A DNA stretch of 64,000 nt from an uncultured virus (IMG/VR IMGVR_UViG_3300006131_000009) (lineage: Duplodnaviria; Heunggongvirae; Uroviricota; Caudoviricetes): IMG/VR virus record IMGVR_UViG_3300006131_000009. One strand, 5' to 3'. Shown piece after piece: positions 37,057-46,472 of the stretch. A program made the translations under genes and the position numbers. The first letter of the stretch is position 1. Each line of letters opens with the position of its first letter. The notes below the pieces were generated by a model. That model was given only the letters and a program-made list of their open reading frames with translations. It was not told where the DNA came from and ran no database searches.

Positions 37057-37326
37057 CTATCTTTTTTTGTCTGTTCTTCCCAGTATGTAATCTACGCTGA
37101 CTTCGTAATAGTCGGCGATCATGCGCAGCGTGTCTGCCCGCGGCAGCCGCTCACCGCGTTCAAACTTTGCCAGAGTGCTTTTCTCTAAACCGATCAGCTC
37201 CGATGTGATGGCCATGGACTTAATCGGTCTTGTGTGGGTCTCTCTCAACTGCCGGAGCCTGCTGGCCAAACTATCCATGTTGCTTTTCTCTAGCTCGCAG
37301 TGCATCAGTGCCCCCTTCCCGGTCAT
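37057..37326 (-). CDS. XRE HTH regulator
   Basis: FERGERLP...IADYYEVSVDYILGRT. Confidence 0.85.
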   Translation of the reverse strand: MTGKGALMHCELEKSNMDSLASRLRQLRETHTRPIKSMAITSELIGLEKSTLAKFERGERLPRADTLRMIADYYEVSVDYILGRTDKKR

Positions 37327-37415
37327 TGGCCGCGGCCAGCAAACGCTCGATCTCCCTTGCCACTATGACTGGATAAAAACCTTTGGCAAGCAGGCTTTCT
37401 CGCAGCTTATCTGCG

Positions 37416-37691
37416 TCAATCAGTCTTTGGCCCATCTGCATTTGCCTCAAATCTCTCCACACAGATTCTGCCAACTACAGGCTTTAGCGGCATCTTTGCG
37501 CCCGTTACCTTTGCCACGGCCTGCAGTGCCTTCCCACCCAGCTCAAAGCTGTCGCAGACACATCTTCCGATGGTCTCGGCGCTCTTGGTCTGCACGACGA
37601 CCTCTTCTCCTTCTTTTAGACTGATCCCCGCCGGCGCTTCAAATAAAAAGGCTTGCGCCCCATTGGTATGCTTGACAAATACAACCGTCAT
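37416..37691 (-). CDS. hypothetical phage protein
   Basis: Coupled ORF. Confidence 0.65.
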   Translation of the reverse strand: MTVVFVKHTNGAQAFLFEAPAGISLKEGEEVVVQTKSAETIGRCVCDSFELGGKALQAVAKVTGAKMPLKPVVGRICVERFEANADGPKTD

Positions 37692-38098
37692 TTCCTATAC
37701 TCCTCCGGCGGCAGCTTTCCCGTCATGTAGATGTAGCTTTTCAGCTTTCCATAGGTACCGTAAGGCGGCCGGTACTGCTTCGTCAGCGCCACGATCTCCT
37801 CTAGCCCCAGCCCTGCCGGCCCGTCCTTTCTCCCCAGCTTCCTCTTTTTGAGCTGCTGCCTCTGCTGCCCATCTAAACTGCTGCAGTGGTCGCAATACCG
37901 CCGCCTCTTCCCCGCAATAGGCCCGCCGCAGATGGGACACCGGCGCATTGGCATCTCTTCTTGTATTCTCTTTCGCCTGATTTTGGCCAGCTCCGCCTGC
38001 CGCCGACGGCTGCATTCGCCGCACAGGGTCTTTCTCTCCCTCTCATATGTAAAGATGGTGCCACATTGGACGCAGGCCTTTTGCTTTAGTTTCTCCAT
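37688..38098 (-). CDS. zinc-finger hypothetical protein (homologue of 2390-2800)
   Basis: CxxC pairs; KQYRPPYGTYGKLKSYI. Confidence 0.7.
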   Translation of the reverse strand: MEKLKQKACVQCGTIFTYERERKTLCGECSRRRQAELAKIRRKRIQEEMPMRRCPICGGPIAGKRRRYCDHCSSLDGQQRQQLKKRKLGRKDGPAGLGLEEIVALTKQYRPPYGTYGKLKSYIYMTGKLPPEEYRK

Positions 38099-38100
38099 TT

Positions 38101-38253
38101 TTATTGCTCGCCTCCGTCCAGGAAAGACTGCCAGCAGCTCCCATCGTCTTCTTTATGCGGGCAGTCGTCATTCTCGCTAAAATCGAGAATCGGCCCGCCT
38201 TTGGCGCAGTCGCAGCACATTCCATGGACCGCTATCGCTTCACACTGGGTCAT
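38101..38253 (-). CDS. 50-aa Cys-rich protein MTQCEAIAVHGMCCDCAKGGPILDFSENDDCPHKEDDGSCWQSFLDGGEQ
   Basis: Translated by hand; GGAGG RBS; fills the gap between its neighbours. Confidence 0.6.
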   Translation of the reverse strand: MTQCEAIAVHGMCCDCAKGGPILDFSENDDCPHKEDDGSCWQSFLDGGEQ

Positions 38254-38256
38254 ATG

Positions 38257-39072
38257 TTACCCTCCAAAGCAGTAGTAGGTGGTCGTTCCCAGCGTCTCAT
38301 CATAATAACTGGCGTAGACCTCTCCCTGCACAACCGTTGATTGGTACAAAACATTCTCCGGCAGAACACTTCCGTTTTCTAATAGCCATCTGGCATTTTC
38401 TCTCGTTCTTTCATCCGGCTGGACTGTCTCCAGCCATCCGGAGATGGCCGGCGCGTACTGGCCTGGCTGATAGATGACCTCTTGCAGTGTGTCCGGGAAT
38501 AAATCCGACGCCACCCGATTCAGGACCACAGAGCCAACGTATAGTTGCTGCTCGTCCGGTATCCAGTTGCAGCCCATTTCGCAGGCGATAATCCGCGCCA
38601 ATAAGTCCTCTTCACAGGTCCAATTTTGGCCGGCAGTCCCGGCGCTGTCTTGCACTGTGTGGACTTGCTCCTGCTTACTTTCTGCTGCTTCCTGCAAACC
38701 TGCCATCTCCCCCGATAGCAAGCCTGCCGTCTCTTCCGATGTCCCTGCTGCCTGCAAGCCTGGCGTCTGCTCTGATGCCTTTGCTGCCCGCAAACCTGCC
38801 GCCTCTTCTGGCACCGCTTCCACTGGCAAGCCCGCCGTCTGCTCCGATGCCCCTGTCTCATCCGTTACCTGCAAGCGCACCTCTGCATCTCCCACGTCAG
38901 CAAAAGCAGCCTGTCCGCCATCGTCCGGAGCATTTATTGTGTCCAGTGAAAAAGGTAGCTCCGATTCCTCTTTCTGCCGGAACTCCGCCACCGCGGCTTG
39001 CCGTCCTACCTGCGCCGGTATCAGCGTCCAGAAGCTGCTAAAAAGGAGCAGCACCGCCAACACAAGCCTCAT
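38257..39072 (-). CDS. cell wall hydrolase (SleB/Hydrolase_2-like)
   Basis: Signal peptide; catalytic domain nearly identical to 7780-8451. Confidence 0.85.
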   Translation of the reverse strand: MRLVLAVLLLFSSFWTLIPAQVGRQAAVAEFRQKEESELPFSLDTINAPDDGGQAAFADVGDAEVRLQVTDETGASEQTAGLPVEAVPEEAAGLRAAKASEQTPGLQAAGTSEETAGLLSGEMAGLQEAAESKQEQVHTVQDSAGTAGQNWTCEEDLLARIIACEMGCNWIPDEQQLYVGSVVLNRVASDLFPDTLQEVIYQPGQYAPAISGWLETVQPDERTRENARWLLENGSVLPENVLYQSTVVQGEVYASYYDETLGTTTYYCFGG

Positions 39073-39401
39073 AGTTTCTCCCCTCTATATAGCCGAAACC
39101 AGTCCTCCGCCCGCATCAGCACCATCCAAGGATAGTCGTTTTTCTTCCACGCCACGATCGGTAGCTCCCCTCGTCCGGCCTCGTGGGCATCGTGGGCCGC
39201 CTGCACCATGTAGTCCCACGGCCGCAGGGCCTCGGTCCTCTTGACCTCCATGTGGATGCCCGGTAGCCCCTCTACATCGCCGGCTGCGCCGGTGTTGCCC
39301 CTGCATTGGGCCGTCCGGGAGCAGGCATACCCCTGCTCCCGGCAAAATTTCGCCCACTCCCGTTCTCCCCGCTTGCCCTTTTCCCTGCTCGCTTTTCCCA
39401 T
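39069..39401 (-). CDS. Holliday junction resolvase-like PD-(D/E)xK nuclease
   Basis: SREKGKRGERE...GDV...HMEVKR. Confidence 0.8.
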   Translation of the reverse strand: MGKASREKGKRGEREWAKFCREQGYACSRTAQCRGNTGAAGDVEGLPGIHMEVKRTEALRPWDYMVQAAHDAHEAGRGELPIVAWKKNDYPWMVLMRAEDWFRLYRGEKL

Positions 39402-39413
39402 CTAGTTTGCCTC

Positions 39414-40049
39414 CTAGAACGGTATCTCTGGATCGTCTTCCAGCATGGCGGGAAATTCATCCTCCCCCGGCTCCGGGTAGCCAGGCAGATGGCCGCTGCC
39501 GGCAATGCGCTCTTTGTAGGTTTGACTGGCCTTGATCTTGTCCCGGACCCACTGGGGCAGCTTCTCTATGTCCTCCAGGGGGCTGTCGTCCAAGTCGAAG
39601 ATGACAGTCTCCATGGTCTGTACCAAGGCTGGCATCCCCTTTGGCATTTTCATAACGCCTCCCACATTGGCGTAGGTGGAACCACCTGACTCTCTGTGGA
39701 TGATGCTCAAAAGGCACGGCACGCCCACCACACTGCGCAGGTCAAACTCCGCCAGCTCATCGTCTGTAAAGTCCCGCCCTCTCCAGGAGGCCAAGTCTTT
39801 GCGCAGTACGGCCTTTTCATTCAGTGAGCAAGTGTAGGTCTGGCTGATGACTCTGCTTTTTTGCTCGCCATCAATTTCAATCTTCTCATTGGGAAGCTCC
39901 CACATGAGTAGTACCTTCTGGGAGCTGTTCTTGTATTTTTCGCTGTACTGCATTCCCAGGTCTACAAGGCCGTAGCAGATGGCCGGATGGGTTCCCGCTT
40001 CGATGGGGGCAATGGCGCTGCCGCCCTTACTGGATGCTTTCAGTGACAT
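39414..40049 (-). CDS. phage SSB-like replication protein
   Basis: GTHPAICYGLVDLG...SWRGRDFT; acidic EIPF tail. Confidence 0.75.
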   Translation of the reverse strand: MSLKASSKGGSAIAPIEAGTHPAICYGLVDLGMQYSEKYKNSSQKVLLMWELPNEKIEIDGEQKSRVISQTYTCSLNEKAVLRKDLASWRGRDFTDDELAEFDLRSVVGVPCLLSIIHRESGGSTYANVGGVMKMPKGMPALVQTMETVIFDLDDSPLEDIEKLPQWVRDKIKASQTYKERIAGSGHLPGYPEPGEDEFPAMLEDDPEIPF

Positions 40050-40260
40050 TTGTTTTTTCCTCCTCCAAAATTTCCAGCGGGCACCACAGGCCCACCAGTC
40101 TGTCGTCTACGATGTATTCGCCGGTCCGGCGGCACTGCTTTCTGGCGTACGTCTCCAGCATAGGGCACAGACCGCAGCATACGTTGCGGTCTGGAAATGC
40201 GAGCTTTACCGTGGCCACCGCGTAGGACTGTACGCCTCGTTCAAAGGTCTTCATAGGCAA
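40027..40260 (-). CDS. small Cys-rich phage protein
   Basis: Homologue of 7097-7288. Confidence 0.7.
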   Translation of the reverse strand: MPMKTFERGVQSYAVATVKLAFPDRNVCCGLCPMLETYARKQCRRTGEYIVDDRLVGLWCPLEILEEEKTNVTESIQ

Positions 40261-40618
40261 ATGCCTCCCCGACGCCTACTGCGTCTAATAACTCCTCTAC
40301 CGACCAGTTTGTGTGCATCCAGTCTTCCAGACAGCTTTTGTCGCAGTGGAGCAGATGTTCTCCATCTTTGCGGATGACATCCCCCTCATAGATAGGCTCG
40401 CCGCAGGCCCCGCAGACGCCGATTTGCCTCTGGGGCGTCCTCGCAAAATCCACTTCATTCCACCCGCCAGACCGGCGGGTATTCATTTTGTTTCCTTGCT
40501 CTATCTTCTGCCTAAGAGCCGCCGCTTCACGGCGGTTTGCCTCTGCATCACCCACCTGCAGGTATGTGTCTGTCCACAAAACTCGCTCTCGCCGGGCTTT
40601 TACGGGGCAATATGTCAT
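40241..40618 (-). CDS. zinc-ribbon protein with in-frame repeat insertion
   Basis: GGAG RBS, MTYCP, repeat-derived segment, then PQRQIGVCGACGEPIYEGD. Confidence 0.55.
   Translation of the reverse strand: MTYCPVKARRERVLWTDTYLQVGDAEANRREAAALRQKIEQGNKMNTRRSGGWNEVDFARTPQRQIGVCGACGEPIYEGDVIRKDGEHLLHCDKSCLEDWMHTNWSVEELLDAVGVGEAFAYEDL
40435..40607. repeat. degenerate palindromic element, in frame
   Basis: CCTAAGAGCCGCCGCTTCACGGCGGTTTGCCTC core; GTCCTCGCAAAATCCA end. Confidence 0.75.
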
Positions 40619-40769
40619 CTTGACATCTCCCCTTTGCCGGGCTATACTAGGCCCGTAATCTCTATCTTTGCTGCCTGTCGGCGTCCCATGCCGGCAGGCC
40701 TCTTTTTCTTTCCCGCCCCTGTTTGCAACTGCCCGTAAGAAGATTGTCATCTCCATCGCCTTCTTTCTC

Positions 40770-41516
40770 TCAAACTACAGTGCCATCTTCTCTTTCCCCC
40801 TGCTGTCTGCGCAGCAGCCTCTGCACGGCGTCTTTTTCAAACTGGGTCAGCTCGTCTTCGTGGTGCTGCACTTTCTGGATGGGCTTTGTCCCGCCGGCCG
40901 CCTGCACATCTTTTTTTGCCCAGGCCCGTATGGTGGCCAGATGGTTTTTGTAGCTTTTCCCTGTACTGGCTATGTACTCTGACAGCCGCTCCAGCCTTGC
41001 CTGCCAGTCCGGAAACTCACTTTTGAGCTTGTCCAATTCCTCGTCAGACAGAAGCACGTTGCCATACTGGCCGTATCGGTGGCGGATGGGCTTCGAGGGC
41101 TTGTCTTCCCGTGGGACACCCCCTACCCAAGTGGCGCCACTTTGCGCCGGGCGGTCTCCCAGCCGCTCATCCGCATCATCCACCTTGCCCATCTTTTCTT
41201 TTTCGATTTCTTTTAAGCTATTGCTCTTAATCTTATTCTTGTTCTCTATCTTGCTTTCGTTTTGCTCCCTGTTTGCTCCCCGTTTACTTCCGCCTAACTT
41301 CCCGTTGCTAGCTTTCTGTCTGCTGGCGTCCAAGTTGGGCTTTGCTCCTTCAAACACGATCGCAGCAATGGGCGACATGGCATCTAGGTCTGGCATTATT
41401 CCATATAAGGCGTAGGCCACAATGGCATCGTAGGCGTCGGCCTTGTCAGCTTTTTTCTTGATTCGCAGGATTGCCTTTGCGAAGGACTCATAAAATGTAA
41501 ATTGTGTCCTATCCAT
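40770..41516 (-). CDS. replication initiator / replisome organiser
   Basis: RTQFTFYESF N-terminus; YGQYGNVLLS...KSYKNHLATIRAW C-terminus. Confidence 0.8.
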   Translation of the reverse strand: MDRTQFTFYESFAKAILRIKKKADKADAYDAIVAYALYGIMPDLDAMSPIAAIVFEGAKPNLDASRQKASNGKLGGSKRGANREQNESKIENKNKIKSNSLKEIEKEKMGKVDDADERLGDRPAQSGATWVGGVPREDKPSKPIRHRYGQYGNVLLSDEELDKLKSEFPDWQARLERLSEYIASTGKSYKNHLATIRAWAKKDVQAAGGTKPIQKVQHHEDELTQFEKDAVQRLLRRQQGEREDGTVV

Positions 41517-41563
41517 GTGTACTCCCTTTATTTCTCACTCCAATCATAATTTCTCGCGCTCCT

Positions 41564-41818
41564 TCAGCCGCTGGCGGTAGATTGCCGATTCCCGCGCTTT
41601 GCAATATTGTCCTGAAAAACTGTTTGTGCGCGGTCTGCACAATAAATCTTCCGCTTGTTCGCATTCCGTTCGCCTGTGTGTCCGCGTTTCAGTTCCGCAT
41701 AAACAGCCGCAACACTGCGCCCGATCTGTGCAGCGATTTCCGCCACTGGGACGTCTGCATTGTATAATTTTTCAATCTCGTAGCGCTGATTGAACGTCAA
41801 ATATGTATACTTGTCCAT
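41564..41818 (-). CDS. stand-alone IS30-type HTH protein (possible directionality factor)
   Basis: YLTFNQRYEIE...IAAQIGRSVAAVYAELKRG resembles the N-terminal HTH of the adjacent transposase. Confidence 0.8.
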   Translation of the reverse strand: MDKYTYLTFNQRYEIEKLYNADVPVAEIAAQIGRSVAAVYAELKRGHTGERNANKRKIYCADRAQTVFQDNIAKRGNRQSTASG

Positions 41819-41874
41819 CTTTTACCCCCATTCTGCCATCCTCATAGATAAAAAAGCAGTAGAAAACATTTTTG

Positions 41875-41936
41875 TTTTTTCTGCTTTTAATGTTACACTT
41901 TTTATTCTGAAAAGTCAATACTAAATGCAGAAAAAA
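41875..41936 (-). other. head-to-head IS30-like inverted repeats (putative attP) forming a junction promoter
   Basis: Imperfect IR centred at ~41905; minus-strand TTGACT(41913-18)-17bp-TAACAT(41890-95). Confidence 0.65.
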
Positions 41937-41958
41937 ACACAAAATTTATGAAGTCACT

Positions 41959-42996
41959 TCAAGCCACATCCGCAAGGTATCTCTCAAACAGTACACTCGA
42001 TGTCTCGAACCCCAAAACCTCACGTGGATAATTATTAATCCACGCTTCAACTTGTGCGACATACGCAGTAGAAATTTTCCGAAAGTCTGTTCCCTTTGGA
42101 AGGAAGCGTCGGATCATTTTGTTTGTGTTCTCGTTCGTGCCGCGCTCGTATGCCCTGTACGGATGGCAATAGTAAATGATGGAACGCTTTCTCTCCCCCC
42201 TACCGAAGACCGATTTTTCCATTCCGGCACAATCGGCAAATTCTGATCCGTTGTCCACCGTAATGCTTTTGAATATCTGGGGAAAGCGCCGCCCATACCT
42301 CCTCTCCAGCTTGTCCAGCGCTTTTACAACACTCGCGGCAGTCTTGTCCGGCATTTTGATGATAATTTCCTGCCGCGTCAGCCGCTCTGAAAGAACGAGC
42401 AAGGTTTCCTTCGTTCTTTTCTTGCCCTCGACACAGTCCATTTCCCAATTTCCAAATGTTTCCCGTGCATTGATTTCCTCCGGGCGGTTCTCTATACTTT
42501 CGCCCCTTGGAGCGCGGGCCGGCTTGGAGCTCACTTTAACATATTTGCGCTTGTGCTTGCCCTTCTGGGGCAGGTGCGCCCGCTCCAGCCGAAGGAAAAC
42601 ACCCTTATCTATATAATTGTATATCGTTTTTTCGCTGATGACAGTCTGGAAGTTCAGCCCCAGACGTTTGATCTCACCCACAACAGCGGCGGGGGAATAT
42701 CTTTCATCGGCAATCTTTCTTTCAATAAATTCAGCCAATTCATGATCGTTGCCGATTTTTAAGCCGCGGCCCTTAGCCTTTAATTGTTCGTCGTACTTCT
42801 GCTGGGCGATTTCCGGCGAGTATCGCTTTTCCGTGGTCAAGTCATCGTTCAAGTGTATGTATTCGCCCCTTTTCAGTTCTCTGTAAATGGTCGAATTGTT
42901 TACGTGCAGCCGGTCTGCGATCTTCAGCGGCTTCATGCCCTCTTTCTGCGCCCGCTCGATTTTGAGACGGTCAGTCCACGTTAAATGCTTGTGCAT
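41959..42996 (-). CDS. IS30-family DDE transposase (probable phage integrase)
   Basis: STIYRELKRG, WEMDCV, ITVDNGSEF, ERGTNEN.N..IRRFLPKG. Confidence 0.95.
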   Translation of the reverse strand: MHKHLTWTDRLKIERAQKEGMKPLKIADRLHVNNSTIYRELKRGEYIHLNDDLTTEKRYSPEIAQQKYDEQLKAKGRGLKIGNDHELAEFIERKIADERYSPAAVVGEIKRLGLNFQTVISEKTIYNYIDKGVFLRLERAHLPQKGKHKRKYVKVSSKPARAPRGESIENRPEEINARETFGNWEMDCVEGKKRTKETLLVLSERLTRQEIIIKMPDKTAASVVKALDKLERRYGRRFPQIFKSITVDNGSEFADCAGMEKSVFGRGERKRSIIYYCHPYRAYERGTNENTNKMIRRFLPKGTDFRKISTAYVAQVEAWINNYPREVLGFETSSVLFERYLADVA

Positions 42997-43115
42997 CGTC
43001 GCTCCTCCTATACCAAGCATCCAATTTAGGCGGTCCGTGTAAGTACAAAAAACCCCTATAAGTCCCTATTTACAACACGTTTCGCCCCACGTCAACGCCG
43101 TCATACCGTACAAAA

Positions 43116-43140
43116 ATGCCGTAGGAAGCTCCTACGGCAT
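43116..43140 (-). terminator. hairpin at end of HTH gene
   Basis: ATGCCGTAGGA/TCCTACGGCAT followed by a T tract on the minus strand. Confidence 0.65.
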
Positions 43141-43395
43141 CTCTTCTTTTCCCAATAACCAGTCCGTCGTAACGCCCAGCGCCTGGGCGATGATAGGCAG
43201 TTCAAAGTCCGGCACCAACCGTTTTCCGGTCTCGATTCTGCTGACCGCCATCTGGCCCATCTGTAGACCGGCCAGCTGCAGCTTTATGGCCAGCTGCTCC
43301 TGGGACAGCCTGGCCCTGATGCGGGCCTGCTGGATGCGCTCGCCAGACAAATTGCACTTTCCGTCCAGGGTATACAGTCTCACCGGCCCACTCAC
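43132..43395 (-). CDS. XRE HTH regulator
   Basis: LSQEQLAIKLQ...VSRIETGKR.VPDFEL. Confidence 0.85.
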   Translation of the reverse strand: MSGPVRLYTLDGKCNLSGERIQQARIRARLSQEQLAIKLQLAGLQMGQMAVSRIETGKRLVPDFELPIIAQALGVTTDWLLGKEEMP

Positions 43396-43533
43396 CTCTG
43401 CCTAATCATCTTTTTTATATTACCTGTTGACGATACCACAGGCAGGGTGCTAAACTTATAAAAATGATGATTAAAGTCGAAATATGTCGACCCGATTTGC
43501 TTCCAAGACGTTAGAAATATTGGAGGTCACGAA

Positions 43534-44214
43534 ATGAAAAAACAAAAAGAGTACACCAGCTGGGAAGAGACTCCATTACTATTCCACTACTATTTAGTTT
43601 CCATCTCCACTCCTTTATCCCTAGTAGTCCTGATCTGCCAGTATTCTCTTGTCCGCGAAGTCATCACTCCTTGGCTGCTGGTGTATTATATCGTCAATTT
43701 CGTCCTCTTGTTCAGCGCCTTTTATTGCCTGCTGAAAAAGCGGTGGACAGGCCCCGTCCTGATGACGGCGCAGCGCCTCTTTAATGCCGTGGCCGCCGTG
43801 CTGACGATCATCAGTGTCGCATCTGACTATCGATCTGATTTCGGCTCTCTTGTGCTGGACGCTCTGGTGTTCCCGGTCCGGGCGTGCATCATTTATACCT
43901 ACTACGAAAAGCGTCGCCTCCTGTTTTCCCCACTGCCCACATGGTATACGCCGCCCCAGAAAACCAGCGGCCCCTGGAAACCGCCGTCGGATTGGGCCGC
44001 CGCATCTACCTGGACGCCACCAGCCGATTGGGCCGTTGCAGACGTCTGGACCCCCCCGTCTCAACGCCCCGCCCCGTCTCCCACCAGCCAGCAGCCGCCA
44101 GCCGAGCCGGCCAGCCCTCCCGCCACCGACCACCAACGGCAAAAAGTGCGCGTCCATGTCACCGCCGCTTCCAAACGAGCATCTGCCCGCCGTGAAGACC
44201 ATTCATCAAAATAA
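43534..44214 (+). CDS. multi-TM membrane protein with Pro-rich tail
   Basis: GGAGG RBS; about four TM helices; WTPP repeats. Confidence 0.75.
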   Translation: MKKQKEYTSWEETPLLFHYYLVSISTPLSLVVLICQYSLVREVITPWLLVYYIVNFVLLFSAFYCLLKKRWTGPVLMTAQRLFNAVAAVLTIISVASDYRSDFGSLVLDALVFPVRACIIYTYYEKRRLLFSPLPTWYTPPQKTSGPWKPPSDWAAASTWTPPADWAVADVWTPPSQRPAPSPTSQQPPAEPASPPATDHQRQKVRVHVTAASKRASARREDHSSK

Positions 44215-44226
44215 AAGGAGCACATT

Positions 44227-45180
44227 ATGAAAATTGTAATTTGGCTCGGATGTATTCTCGTATTCAGTCTGGCACAGCTCATTTTAGCCACACAAGGCAT
44301 CATGCTGGGCGGCATCCCTACCGCCCTATTGGCCGCGGTTCTCGTCTTCATCCCCGCCCCGGCCCTCTGCAAAAAGTGGCAAGAGCGCCATGGGCAAACA
44401 GGGGAAACCAAAAGCGCCGAGACGCCGCCAGTTCCACCGGACGCGCCTCCTGCCGCCTCCAACCCAGGCCGCCGGCAGAAAGTACACGCCTATGTCCGTA
44501 CGGCCGCCCCGCCTTCTCCAACGGCAGACGCTCCGCGCGCTCCAGAGGACTCGACCCCTTCCCCCAGCGCCGAGACGCCACAGCACACGGAAAAACCCCG
44601 CCAAGGCGGCAAAATCCCCATTGCAGCAGCAAAGCTGCCTGTCCTGCTGGCGTGTGGCTGTTTGATTCTCGCCGCCGCAACCACCGTATTCGGTATTTTG
44701 TATTTTAGTGCGTCTGCGCAAATCGACTCACAAAAGTCGCTCCTGGAAGAGCAAGCCGCGCAGATTGCTGAACAGAAGTCGTCCCTGGAGGAACAAGCCG
44801 CGCAAATCACCTCGCAGGAATCGTCCCTGGAGGAGAAAGAAGATGAGATCAGTTGGCTCAATACAAAGTGTTCCATGAAAGAAAAAAAGCTGGATGAGCT
44901 GACAAAGAGCAACACCGACTTGCAAAGTGAAGTGTGCCGTCTTTCACCGTATGAATCTGTCGTGCAGAACCAGCTAGGAATCATTGTTGATAACAGCAAT
45001 ACTTACCACAACTATGACTGTTCAAAGGTACAAAAGGCTGAATCTTACGTAGTGATAATGGACGTTGTCGAATGTGCAAAGCGCGGTCTTAAATATTGTC
45101 CGAATTGCTGGACAGGTGGCGGCCCGTTTTATCTTTCGCGCTATAAATACATACAGAAGAAAACGCTGCCATCGCAGTAG
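44227..45180 (+). CDS. membrane protein with coiled coil and C-terminal Zn-binding module
   Basis: TM helices; SSLEEQAAQI repeats; YHNYDC...CPNC. Confidence 0.75.
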   Translation: MKIVIWLGCILVFSLAQLILATQGIMLGGIPTALLAAVLVFIPAPALCKKWQERHGQTGETKSAETPPVPPDAPPAASNPGRRQKVHAYVRTAAPPSPTADAPRAPEDSTPSPSAETPQHTEKPRQGGKIPIAAAKLPVLLACGCLILAAATTVFGILYFSASAQIDSQKSLLEEQAAQIAEQKSSLEEQAAQITSQESSLEEKEDEISWLNTKCSMKEKKLDELTKSNTDLQSEVCRLSPYESVVQNQLGIIVDNSNTYHNYDCSKVQKAESYVVIMDVVECAKRGLKYCPNCWTGGGPFYLSRYKYIQKKTLPSQ

Positions 45181-45204
45181 TAGAAAGATAAGGAGCGCAT
45201 CGTA

Positions 45205-46320
45205 ATGGATAACCGCCCGTCCGACACCACCTGCCGCAAAGCCTCGGCGGGAGGGGCCATACATTCTCCAAATAACAGCCCTGCACGTCCAGAAAGGAAG
45301 TATAGCCGAGAGCTGGAAAGTGTGGATCGGCTGCGGGAAAAGACCCGGCAGCTGGAGCGGCAGGCCCGCCAGGAGGGCTGGAGCGAAGAAAGACTCCGCC
45401 AGGAAAAAAGGAACGCCGTGGGCCAGGTATACGAGGGCCTTTTGGCGCGGCTTGACGCCATAGACGCAGGCCAGCGCCGCTGCCCGCCGCCACCTGCACC
45501 GGCCAGCCCTTCTGCCGCCTCCAAGACCGGCCAACGGCAGAAAGTGCGCGTCCATATCCGCCCGTCCTCCAAGGCCGCCCACAAGGCAGATGCCTGCCCC
45601 GCTGCAGCAGACTCGGCCCCTTCCCCCATCGCCGAGACGCCACAGCACACGGAGCGCCAAGACACAGTCCCCCAAAATCCCACTTTCAGAAAGAATCTGC
45701 CGATTCTGCTGGGGTGTGCCTGTCTGCTGCTGGCTGCCGCAGTGATCGTATTCGGCGCTTTGTACTTCCAGGCGTCGAACCGATCAGAAACTGCCGAGCC
45801 GGCCCTTTCTTCTTCAGAACCTCCTTCTTCCGAGCTTGATGACACCCCGATTGCACAGCCGCCATCTGAATCGTCTGATTCGCAGCCTGCAAAGGAAACA
45901 GAGGATACTCCCACTGTCTTGACTCCCCGATACATTTACAATGGAGAAATTATGCAGTTTCCAGTGGGAACACGTGTGGCGCCGTTAAAGGTCAATACAA
46001 CGGCCCAGGCAAATGGATATTACATTGTGATGGTCGCCGAAAACAAAGATACACTTTCTTTCTATGTAAAAGGCGGCAAAAGTGCAGAAATCGACGTGCC
46101 TACCGGAACGTTTGAAATCTGGTATGCCACCGGCACCACCTGGTACGGAAAAGAGGCAAAATTCGGCAGTGAGACGCAATATTATAAATGTGACGGCACT
46201 TTTCGCTTTTATCTCGATTCCGATTCCCGTACCTATATGGGCTGGGAATTGAGCCTTTATCCCACCTTCGGCGGCAATCTGTCCATAGAGACTGTAAGCC
46301 CTGAAGACTTCCCCGCATAG
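45205..46320 (+). CDS. membrane-anchored protein with extracellular beta domain
   Basis: Central TM helix; FYVKGG...VPTGTFEIWYATGTTWYG. Confidence 0.7.
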   Translation: MDNRPSDTTCRKASAGGAIHSPNNSPARPERKYSRELESVDRLREKTRQLERQARQEGWSEERLRQEKRNAVGQVYEGLLARLDAIDAGQRRCPPPPAPASPSAASKTGQRQKVRVHIRPSSKAAHKADACPAAADSAPSPIAETPQHTERQDTVPQNPTFRKNLPILLGCACLLLAAAVIVFGALYFQASNRSETAEPALSSSEPPSSELDDTPIAQPPSESSDSQPAKETEDTPTVLTPRYIYNGEIMQFPVGTRVAPLKVNTTAQANGYYIVMVAENKDTLSFYVKGGKSAEIDVPTGTFEIWYATGTTWYGKEAKFGSETQYYKCDGTFRFYLDSDSRTYMGWELSLYPTFGGNLSIETVSPEDFPA

Positions 46321-46352
46321 ATGGCCGCCCTGCAATTTTAATAGGCTGTAAT

Positions 46353-46382
46353 AAAAAGGACCGGGTATCCCCCGGTCCTTTT
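46353..46382. terminator. bidirectional terminator
   Basis: AAAAGGACCGGG/CCCGGTCCTTTT between convergent genes. Confidence 0.85.
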
Positions 46383-46472
46383 CCATGTTATCCTACCTGC
46401 TTCATCTTCTGCAGGGCCTTCTGTACAGCAGCCTTGTTGTAGACTATGCCGCCTCCCAACTGTACGAGGGGT

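Noticed and set aside
41100..41190. Possible degenerate REP-like insert in the replication initiator
   Set aside because: Only a short CTCATCCG...CCACCTT resemblance; not alignable to the main repeat family by eye.
41959..43075. IS30 as an ordinary inserted IS with a left IR near 43038-43074
   Set aside because: The TGTAAGTA/TATTTACA pair is short and does not match the downstream arms; both long arms are on the same side of the gene.
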